Shown here: one piece after another, positions 20,679 to 28,931 of the stretch
How positions within the stretch are numbered: the stretch's first letter is position 1
Layout: every line of letters starts with the position of its first letter
Source: Bacteroides sp.
Lineage (GTDB): Bacteria > Bacteroidota > Bacteroidia > Bacteroidales > Bacteroidaceae
Assembly: GCA_017472925.1 (NCBI GenBank)
Contig: JAFUNS010000001.1
Location: forward strand, 39,376-103,375
Length of the DNA: 64,000 nt
Reading direction: 5' to 3'
Notes under the pieces: generated by a model
Seen by the model: only the letters and a program-made list of their open reading frames with translations
Databases searched by the model: none
Told to the model about the DNA's origin: nothing
Program-made: the position numbers and the translations under genes

Positions 20679-22202
20679 ATGGGTAAAATTAAAATAGTTG
20701 TCAATTGGTTGTTGGTCATTTCCTTTTGGGGAATGGTTTCATGCACTGATGACGAGACGGGAACCGAATCACCGGTCCCTGTTCCCGTTGTGCTTAAGGC
20801 CAGCATTTATGAATTTCAGGCTACCGAAGGAACCGTCTGGAAATCGGGCGAGTCGTTTGGTGTGTTTATGCTAAAATCCGGTACGGAAGAAGTCGTCGGA
20901 AATTATTCTAATCTACTTTATACAACAGACGATTATTCCGCTACCGGTTACCTTATACCGTCGGGCGACCCGATGTATTATCCTGCTGATGGCAGTAAGG
21001 TGGATGTAATAGCCTATCATCCCTATCAACCCAATGTAACGATGTCAAGGGCCTCGGGGTATCAAGTTACACTCGATTTGTCCGATTCCAAGAAGGTGAA
21101 GGCCGATGATTTTATCTATTCCAAGGAAGGACAAGGATTGGGTCCACAGAATAAAAGCTATGATTTGCAGCTGAAGCCCGTTTTGTCCAAGATTGTGGTG
21201 AACCTGATGCCGGGAAACGGAGTGACCGACCAGCAGTTGCAGGATATGGATTTCTCGTTGAAGGGAATGCATACCTTGGGTACATTCGATTTGGTACATG
21301 GACAATTCCTGTCCTTGGACAATGTGCAGGAGGTTCCCATGGTGAAGTCCGGTGACAGTTACGGTCGGGAAATTGTGGTTTTCCCGGGTGAGGTGCAGGA
21401 AGAAATGAAACTGACTGCCGAGGTGAAGACTGAGACTGGTGAGGTGGTTAAACTTGAAGTGTCTCTGGACGAGGTGGTGGAACATGCCGAAGAAAATACG
21501 GAATACGAAATAGGAGTGAAGGTTACTCCCGAAGGACTGGAACCTACATTGGTGGGTACATCGCCCATCTATATCTTGGATTGGCAGGACGACAAGGAGA
21601 ATGTGGAAGATGATATTGTGGTAGGATTGCCCAATTTGGTGAAGGATGGTAAGTTGAACGAGCTTTCGGCCGACAAGTTTGTCAAAGGTACTTCCGTTCC
21701 TGCTGCACCCTATACCTGGTATGGCATGGCCAATCAGGTGGAAGCTACATTCGATGTCTACCGCGAGCCTAAACAAGGCAATTTTCTTTCCATGCGTTTC
21801 GAGGGTTCTTTGGCGTGGTACAAGAATTACATTGGCTATACATCGCAAGGAGCTGAAGCAACCGGTTATCAGCTTACATTCAAGGCTCGTAGTGCTGTTA
21901 CGGGTGCCAAGCTCCAAGTCTATGTACGCATCAACAAGAGTGGCAACCACTTCTTTGTGTTGCAGGATGTCGATTTGGCCAAGCCTTGTGCCGCCTTTGT
22001 ATGCCCACTGACTTCCGAATGGACTACTTATGTAGTGGATTTCGATTTCACTAAAACCGTGAATACTCTCTATACTCCGCAAGAAGGAGGCGTGGTAGCT
22101 ACCACTCAGGAAGACCGAAACAATTTCTACATCGCCTTTACGCCCCAGCAAACAGAGGTAGAGTATTGCATAGACGATATAACATTGATTAAACAAGAAT
22201 AA
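20679..22202 (+). CDS. Fimbrillin (Mfa-like/type V pilin) family lipoprotein with C-terminal CBM-like domain
   Basis: Lipobox MVSC, GESFGVF, VIAYHPY, LKPVLSKI; C-terminal YQLTFKARS...YCIDDITL. Confidence 0.78.
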   Translation: MGKIKIVVNWLLVISFWGMVSCTDDETGTESPVPVPVVLKASIYEFQATEGTVWKSGESFGVFMLKSGTEEVVGNYSNLLYTTDDYSATGYLIPSGDPMYYPADGSKVDVIAYHPYQPNVTMSRASGYQVTLDLSDSKKVKADDFIYSKEGQGLGPQNKSYDLQLKPVLSKIVVNLMPGNGVTDQQLQDMDFSLKGMHTLGTFDLVHGQFLSLDNVQEVPMVKSGDSYGREIVVFPGEVQEEMKLTAEVKTETGEVVKLEVSLDEVVEHAEENTEYEIGVKVTPEGLEPTLVGTSPIYILDWQDDKENVEDDIVVGLPNLVKDGKLNELSADKFVKGTSVPAAPYTWYGMANQVEATFDVYREPKQGNFLSMRFEGSLAWYKNYIGYTSQGAEATGYQLTFKARSAVTGAKLQVYVRINKSGNHFFVLQDVDLAKPCAAFVCPLTSEWTTYVVDFDFTKTVNTLYTPQEGGVVATTQEDRNNFYIAFTPQQTEVEYCIDDITLIKQE

Positions 22203-22225
22203 ATTAGTATAAACCATTAAAATTT

Positions 22226-23638
22226 ATGATCATGAAAAAGCAATTTTTATTTGCCGCATTGGCAATCGCTACATTGTTCACTGCTTGTAGCAAAGAAGAA
22301 GAATTGAGTAAGAACGAAGGTACTACTCCGGTGAACTTTGTAATTGGTGGTATTGGTGCAAGAACTGCTACAACTTTATCAGAAGAAGTATATTCAACAG
22401 TTTTTGAGGCTAATGACCAAATTGGTATATATGCAACTGGTGGTGCTACTATCAAAAACCAACTTTTAACTGTTACTGCTGGTGAAGATGAAACTTTAAC
22501 ATTGACGGGTGATGCTATTGAATACGAACAAGGTTTAGAAACTACATTTAAAGCATATTATCCTTATGTAGAGGGTAATGGGGAAACTGTAACAATGACA
22601 GTTGGTGACCAAGCTAATGGTATTGATAATTATGATTTTGTAATAGCAACTCCAGATGCTATTTCTACAGAAACCCAAGTAACACTTAATTTCCAACATA
22701 AGTTAGCAATGGTACAAGTACAAGTTGCTGGTAGCATTGGTGAGACTGCTACCAGTGTAACATTGAAGAATGTAAAGCCATCTGTAACTTGGAATGTAGA
22801 AGCTAATTCATTTGGTGAAGCTTACGGTGAAGCTATTGATATTACTATGTATCGTATCGATTCAACCAATAATATTTATGTAGCTTTGGTTCCTGTACAA
22901 ACTATTACTAATAGTGCAGCTATGTTCTCTACTACTATCGGTAATAAGATCTATACTTTTAAACCTAATTCTGAAGTGTCTTTAACAGCTAATCAAGTAT
23001 CTAAGTTTAAGATTACAATTGCTGAAGAAGTTGAAATGACAACAGTTAGTATTGGAAATTTTAATATTGCAGGTTGGACTTATTCAGAATCCGTGTTTGA
23101 AGATTTTGAAGAACCAACTGAAGAAACTGTTCCTGCTATTGAACTGATTTCTACTCAAGATTTTACTAATGCTACATTAGGAACTAATACGTATGGTGGA
23201 CATACAAATTTACCTGATGCTGGTTGGGCGCAGATTGGTTCAACTTTTAGTGAAGTATCCTTAAATAATGGTACATTAACAATAAAGAATACTGCATCTC
23301 CTAGTAATTGGTATCAGGCTGGTGTTGCTTATCGTAGCGAAAATATAACAAAGCAAGCATATTATAAACTTTCTCTAAATTTGGCTTGTGATACATCGGA
23401 AAACACCCAAGGACTTGTGTTGAGAGTATATAAATATGATACGGAACAATCAAAATTTATTTCTTTAAATATCGATAAATATCCTATTGCAAGAGCAGAA
23501 AAATGGGAATATGATATTGATTTGTCTGAAGTTCCTGTAGGTTATCCTATTATAATTGGAATTGGTGTTAAAACTGTATCTGAACTCAATACAACATATT
23601 CTATTACAAATATGACAATGGTGGAGATTCAAGAATAA
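22226..23638 (+). CDS. Fimbrillin family lipoprotein with C-terminal CBM-like domain (AT-rich)
   Basis: Lipobox FTAC, ARTA, NDQIGIY, FKAYYPY, LNFQHKLAMV. Confidence 0.8.
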   Translation: MIMKKQFLFAALAIATLFTACSKEEELSKNEGTTPVNFVIGGIGARTATTLSEEVYSTVFEANDQIGIYATGGATIKNQLLTVTAGEDETLTLTGDAIEYEQGLETTFKAYYPYVEGNGETVTMTVGDQANGIDNYDFVIATPDAISTETQVTLNFQHKLAMVQVQVAGSIGETATSVTLKNVKPSVTWNVEANSFGEAYGEAIDITMYRIDSTNNIYVALVPVQTITNSAAMFSTTIGNKIYTFKPNSEVSLTANQVSKFKITIAEEVEMTTVSIGNFNIAGWTYSESVFEDFEEPTEETVPAIELISTQDFTNATLGTNTYGGHTNLPDAGWAQIGSTFSEVSLNNGTLTIKNTASPSNWYQAGVAYRSENITKQAYYKLSLNLACDTSENTQGLVLRVYKYDTEQSKFISLNIDKYPIARAEKWEYDIDLSEVPVGYPIIIGIGVKTVSELNTTYSITNMTMVEIQE

Positions 23639-23676
23639 TTTCTTATTTCGTTCTTTGAAACTTAAAAAAATAAAAG

Positions 23677-24022
23677 AAAGTTCAAAAACATCCTTCACAT
23701 CTGTCACGGTGCTGTAACTTGTTTATAGTCAACGCGTAGTTGTGAAGGATGAACGAAAATCCATCTTTCACATCCTTCACCATGTCTCGTCAATCTTATG
23801 GGTAAGAATCCATTCAAATGGCATTCTTTCATAAAACAGCGAGTTACAATGAAGAAAACGGCGTTTTACGATAAAGAAAACAATGTTCTACGGTGAAGAA
23901 AACAATGTACTACGGTTGTGAAAAATGTGAAAGCAGGTGAAACTACCTATCCTTCACCGTTTCTCGCTGACAAACAATATGTTAGAATGCGGTGAAAGAT
24001 GTGAAGGTAATTTTCGAACTTT
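23677..24022. repeat. ~345-bp element with imperfect terminal inverted repeats and central 22-bp tandem units
   Basis: 23677-23707 vs 23992-24022 match 26/31 inverted; internal CCTTCAC/GTGAAGG motifs; AAAAC units at 23833, 23855, 23877, 23899. Confidence 0.75.
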
Positions 24023-24063
24023 TTTTGAAATAGAATAAAAATAACTCTTAAACCAATTAAAAA

Positions 24064-25560
24064 ATGAAGAAATATATACTTCCTGTGTTGGCACTTACAG
24101 CTCTCTTCTCAGCTTGTAGCAATGAGGAGAACACTGCACCTGCCACCGAAAACCAGAAAGTGAACCTGGTCATTGGTGGGCCGGTGAGCCGTACCACCAC
24201 TACCGGAAATTCCACTACCTTTGTAGAGGGAGACGAGATAGGAATCACTTCGTCGGGACTGGACATAGACATGAGCAATGCCACCTATACCGTAGGTCCC
24301 AATGGGGCATTGACCGGTGGTTCCTTCTATTACAGTGGAACCAATACCGCCACATTCTATGCTCATTATCCCAATACGGCTACTTATAATGATGGTTCAG
24401 TTACCCTGAGTGTACCGGCTGCACAAGCAACCGAAGCTGCTTTCAATGCCTGCGACTTTATGACCTCCACTGCTACTGGTGACCCGACTAATGGCGGAAC
24501 CGTGGTGTTGAAGTTCAAACATCGTTTGGCATTGGTTAAGGTGGTATGGAATGGCTCTACTACCGCTACCAACGTTACGTTGATGGGAGCCAAGCCTACC
24601 GTAACCTGGACACATACTACCGATGCATGTGCCACCAGTGGCGATGCCATCGACATTAACATGTGGAAGATTGGCAACGGTCAGGAATACTGGGCCATGA
24701 TTCCCGAACAAGCCTTGAAAGGTGGTTCTCAATTGCTCACCATTGCCGATGTGGACAAGAGCTATGAATTCGTCCCTGCAGCCGACCTCAGCTTCAGTGC
24801 CAACACCATCAAGAAGATTACCTTGAACTTGACTGAAGAAGGTTCGGTGGAAGCAACCATCAGTGATATCAATATTGAAAACTGGGATGAAGATGATAAT
24901 GATGGTGGTGGATATGTGGAAGAAATTGAAATTCCGGCCGTGGAAATTATTAGCGGAGATCCTACAGCATTGACACCTAATAGCAAGAACAATGCCGTAG
25001 AAGGTGCATGGAATGTAGCTGTAGCAGAAGGAAACACCATTGAATTAGATGGTGAAAAAGCATTGCATTTGAATATTGACACCATTGGCGGAGTAGATGG
25101 TAAATGGTGGAACAATGCTGTGTATTATCGTCCTTCATCCGAAGTGGCTGCTAAGATTAAGCCTGCCATCTATAAGTTGACTTTCAAGGCTAAAGCAAGT
25201 GCTGCACTTAAAGGATTTATGGTACAAGTGATGAAGGGTGACGAAAGTGGCAATATTTACTTCGGTATTATTAATGCAGATCCAGCTGGCAAAGATGATG
25301 TGAACTGGAACCGCATGTATTATCCTTCGTTTAAGGCGGACCTCTTTACTGATAATGCTATGGATTACCAGACTATGACCTATTGGGTGAACTTTGGTAA
25401 GATAGTAGATACTGCCGGTACAACCGTAACCGATGCCAAGGTTGGTGATTATGAAAAGGTACTGCTTACCCTTTCTGTAAACACCGGAACTTCGGATGCC
25501 AATGCCTACGGTGTGGACTTCTGGTTCAAGGACTTTACGTTTATTGAAGTAAAAGAATGA
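24064..25560 (+). CDS. Fimbrillin family lipoprotein with C-terminal CBM-like domain
   Basis: Lipobox FSAC, SRTT, GDEIGI, FYAHYP, LKFKHRLALV; C-terminal YKLTFKAKA...FWFKDFTF. Confidence 0.8.
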   Translation: MKKYILPVLALTALFSACSNEENTAPATENQKVNLVIGGPVSRTTTTGNSTTFVEGDEIGITSSGLDIDMSNATYTVGPNGALTGGSFYYSGTNTATFYAHYPNTATYNDGSVTLSVPAAQATEAAFNACDFMTSTATGDPTNGGTVVLKFKHRLALVKVVWNGSTTATNVTLMGAKPTVTWTHTTDACATSGDAIDINMWKIGNGQEYWAMIPEQALKGGSQLLTIADVDKSYEFVPAADLSFSANTIKKITLNLTEEGSVEATISDINIENWDEDDNDGGGYVEEIEIPAVEIISGDPTALTPNSKNNAVEGAWNVAVAEGNTIELDGEKALHLNIDTIGGVDGKWWNNAVYYRPSSEVAAKIKPAIYKLTFKAKASAALKGFMVQVMKGDESGNIYFGIINADPAGKDDVNWNRMYYPSFKADLFTDNAMDYQTMTYWVNFGKIVDTAGTTVTDAKVGDYEKVLLTLSVNTGTSDANAYGVDFWFKDFTFIEVKE

Positions 25561-25693
25561 TTGAATAAAAATGGGGAGGGAATGGCCCTCCCCGCAAAAA
25601 GGGGTACAAAGTGTGTATTATTTAAATTTGGTTAGCGTTATTCTCAGAGTACCCCTTTTTACTTATGAACAAATAAGATTGGAGGATTAAAAT

Positions 25694-28105
25694 ATGAAGA
25701 AATACCTTGTTGCCATACTATCGGGCTTTTGGATGATGACCGTCGGCGCACAAGAAATCACTTTTACAGAGACCGAGCACGACTTCGGCCTGATTGATGA
25801 ACTGGAAGGCGATGTACATTATGATTTCCAATTCACCAATACAGGAGACAAACCGCTCGTTATCCGACAAGTGATAACCGGTTGCGGATGTACCTCGGCC
25901 AAGTGGAGCGAAAAGCCCTACAAGCCGGGTGCCAAGGGAGTGGTACGCATTACCTATCATCCGGCCGGACGAAAGATGGAGAGCCTCAGTATTCCTACCG
26001 AAGTGTTCTTCTCGAACGACAAGCAGGCCGATGCCACGCTCACCATTACCGGAAAGGTGAAGTTGGCCAAGCATCCGTATGTCAACCACTTTGACCCCAC
26101 CAAGGGTGAAAAGGCTGAATATAAACCGATAGAACCGAAAGACGATTATGAACTGGTGTTGCAACGCGTACGCCAACAACTCTACGAAGCGACTTCCATC
26201 GAAAAGTTGGATCAGAATGCCACCAGCCTGATGAAGCTGATGACACCCGATGGCAAGTGGCCGCAGATAGACTATAACTGTTTCTTCCGTACCAACTGGG
26301 AACCACAAGACCACCTGAACCGCGTGCGCCGTATGCTTACCGCCTATACTTGTCCCGAATCGACCTTGTATGGAAACCAGGTGCTCTATCGCGCCATCAA
26401 TCAGGCTTTGCGTACGTGGGATGAGTACAAGCCTACTTCCTTCAACTGGTGGTATAATGATATCTCGGCCCCGAAGATTATGGCTGATATCCTGGCATTG
26501 CACGAAGCGGCTTTGGTAAAGGTGTCACCCACCATTATCCAAGGATTGATGGACATGATGGCCAAGAGTGATCCACGGGCATGGACAGGCGCCAACAAGC
26601 AGGACATAGCCATGCACCACATGATTCGGGGTTGTGTGCTGAAAAACGATAGCATTGTTGAAGCCAATGTGAGCGAATTCTTCCAACCCGTATGTATTAC
26701 CGATTTTGAAGGTATCCGCGAAGACTTGTCGTACCAACAGCACAACAACCAATTATATATAGGTGGGTATGGTACCGTATTCGTGAACAACATCTCGCTG
26801 ATAGCTCCCCTCTTTGTAGGTACCAAGTATGCGTTGAGCGAAGAACAAACCAAGCTTTTCTCGGAATTTGTACGCAGTACTTATCTGAATATTTTCCGTT
26901 CGCGCTACATGGACTTCGGTGTTTGTGGACGAAGCGTGAGCCGTAAGAAAACCCTCGACTTGGGCGATTATGCCAACCTCTTCAAGAAAATGAAGCAGCT
27001 GGACCCGGCCAATGCAGCCGAATACGATGCCGCAGCTCATCGTTTTGCGAATAAAGATGCTACCTACGGACGAACCAACCGCAACAAACTCTACTGGTTG
27101 TCCGACTATATGCTCCATAACCGTAAACGTTACGACTTCTCGGTACGTGCGGTTTCCAATCGTACCTGTCGTTCGGAAAGCGGTAACGGTGAAAACCTTT
27201 GGGGTACATACGTGAGCGAAGGAGCTACCAATATCCGTGTAACCGGAGATGAGTATGTAGACATTTTCGCGGTATGGGAATGGGACAAGATACCCGGAAC
27301 CACTACACCGGCCGTAGAAAAAGAGAACCACAATGAATGGGGTGTGGATGGTGTAGCCGAATTTGTAGGCGGTGTATCGGATGGCATGTATGGGGTGATG
27401 GCCTATGCCATGAACGATTACGAAACACAGGCCAACAAGGGATGGTTCATGTTCGACAATGAAATAGTATGTTTAGGAAACGGAATTTCAGGAGGTGGTG
27501 GACACGAAGTGAATACTTCGGTGAATCAATGTCACCTGGTGGGCGATGTATATGCATCGGTGAATGGTGAACTGAGTCGTATAGGAGCCAACAACCATGT
27601 GGCAACAACCTATCAAGGATGGATTTGGCACAACAAGGTAGGCTATTACTTCCCTGAAAATACTCCCATCCATCTGAAGAACGGTATGCAGAGCGGCAAG
27701 TGGTCGAAGATTAACTTCAACCAAAGCGGTGATACAGAAACCTTGCCGGTATTCAATCTGTGGATCGCTCACGGTGTACAACCCCAGCAAGCAAATTATG
27801 CCTATATGATATTGCCGGGTGTGGCTTCGCCCGCTTCCCTGAAAGTCTATCCTATCGACAAGGTGAAGATAGAAAGCAATACCGCACAGATACAGGCAGT
27901 TACCCATACCCTGTTGGGCATTACGCAAATCATCTTCTTCGAAACCGGTGAACTGAATTGCGGAGATTATGTGGTGAAGGCAACAAAGCCTTGCGTAGTT
28001 ATGTTGAAACGCAGTGCCGATGGTAACATTGAAACTTTGGTGAGCGACCCTACACAGAAGGAAAAGTTTGAAGTAGGCAAGGAAGTGATTGTAATCAAGA
28101 ATTGA
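25694..28105 (+). CDS. PL8 chondroitin AC/hyaluronate lyase with N-terminal DUF1573 domain
   Basis: N-terminal HDFG..FTNTGDKPL..GCGCT; PL8 motifs NWWYNDI, TGAN, SYQQH, YIGGYG, GRSVSR, WEWDKIPGTT. Confidence 0.92.
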   Translation: MKKYLVAILSGFWMMTVGAQEITFTETEHDFGLIDELEGDVHYDFQFTNTGDKPLVIRQVITGCGCTSAKWSEKPYKPGAKGVVRITYHPAGRKMESLSIPTEVFFSNDKQADATLTITGKVKLAKHPYVNHFDPTKGEKAEYKPIEPKDDYELVLQRVRQQLYEATSIEKLDQNATSLMKLMTPDGKWPQIDYNCFFRTNWEPQDHLNRVRRMLTAYTCPESTLYGNQVLYRAINQALRTWDEYKPTSFNWWYNDISAPKIMADILALHEAALVKVSPTIIQGLMDMMAKSDPRAWTGANKQDIAMHHMIRGCVLKNDSIVEANVSEFFQPVCITDFEGIREDLSYQQHNNQLYIGGYGTVFVNNISLIAPLFVGTKYALSEEQTKLFSEFVRSTYLNIFRSRYMDFGVCGRSVSRKKTLDLGDYANLFKKMKQLDPANAAEYDAAAHRFANKDATYGRTNRNKLYWLSDYMLHNRKRYDFSVRAVSNRTCRSESGNGENLWGTYVSEGATNIRVTGDEYVDIFAVWEWDKIPGTTTPAVEKENHNEWGVDGVAEFVGGVSDGMYGVMAYAMNDYETQANKGWFMFDNEIVCLGNGISGGGGHEVNTSVNQCHLVGDVYASVNGELSRIGANNHVATTYQGWIWHNKVGYYFPENTPIHLKNGMQSGKWSKINFNQSGDTETLPVFNLWIAHGVQPQQANYAYMILPGVASPASLKVYPIDKVKIESNTAQIQAVTHTLLGITQIIFFETGELNCGDYVVKATKPCVVMLKRSADGNIETLVSDPTQKEKFEVGKEVIVIKN

Positions 28106-28131
28106 AATCATAAATCTTAAATCATAAAACC

Positions 28132-28923
28132 ATGAGAGTAATTATTGAACCCGATTATCGGGCATTATCCCAATGGGCTGCCAATTATGTAGCAAATAGG
28201 ATTAATGCCGCACAACCTACGGCTGAAAAGCCGTTTGTATTGGGGTGCCCTACAGGCTCATCGCCATTGGGCATGTACAAGGCTTTAATTGAACTGAACA
28301 AGCAAGGAAAAGTGTCTTTCAAGCATGTAGTAACCTTCAATATGGACGAATATGTGGGATTGCCCGAAGACCACCCCGAAAGTTATCATTCGTTTATGTG
28401 GAACAACTTCTTTGGGCACATTGATATCCAGAAAGAAAATGTACACATCTTGAACGGTAACGCCGAAAATCTGGAAGAAGAATGCGCCAACTATGAAAAA
28501 GCTATTGAAGAAATGGGAGGCATAGATTTGTTTATGGGAGGCATTGGTCCTGATGGCCACATTGCCTTTAACGAACCTGGCTCTTCACTGAGTAGCCGTA
28601 CCCGTATTAAGACACTTACTGCTGATACCATCATTGCCAATTCGCGTTTCTTTGACAACGACGTGAACAAGGTGCCCAAGACTGCTTTGACAGTGGGTGT
28701 AGGTACTGTACTCTCAGCTAAGGAAGTGCTGATTCTGTGCAACGGACACAACAAGGCACGCGCTTTGCAACAGGCTGTAGAAGGCGGTATTTCGCAAATG
28801 TGGACCATCAGTGCCCTGCAAATGCACGAACACGGAATCATCGTTTGTGATGAAGCAGCCACCAGTGAATTGAAAGTGGGAACTTACAAGTATTTCAAAG
28901 ATATTGAAAAGGACAATTTATAA
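28132..28923 (+). CDS. nagB: Glucosamine-6-phosphate deaminase
   Basis: [36 protein letters not shown]. Confidence 0.97.
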   Translation: MRVIIEPDYRALSQWAANYVANRINAAQPTAEKPFVLGCPTGSSPLGMYKALIELNKQGKVSFKHVVTFNMDEYVGLPEDHPESYHSFMWNNFFGHIDIQKENVHILNGNAENLEEECANYEKAIEEMGGIDLFMGGIGPDGHIAFNEPGSSLSSRTRIKTLTADTIIANSRFFDNDVNKVPKTALTVGVGTVLSAKEVLILCNGHNKARALQQAVEGGISQMWTISALQMHEHGIIVCDEAATSELKVGTYKYFKDIEKDNL

Positions 28924-28931
28924 TAGGTACC

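Noticed and set aside
23831-23918. 22-bp units as a CRISPR array
   Set aside because: Units are contiguous and degenerate with no unique spacers; no cas genes
28105-28125. Heptamer triplets (AAATCAT-type here; GTTGCGG x3 at 45214-45233) as contingency repeats
   Set aside because: Only three intergenic units each; too short to support a phase-variation claim
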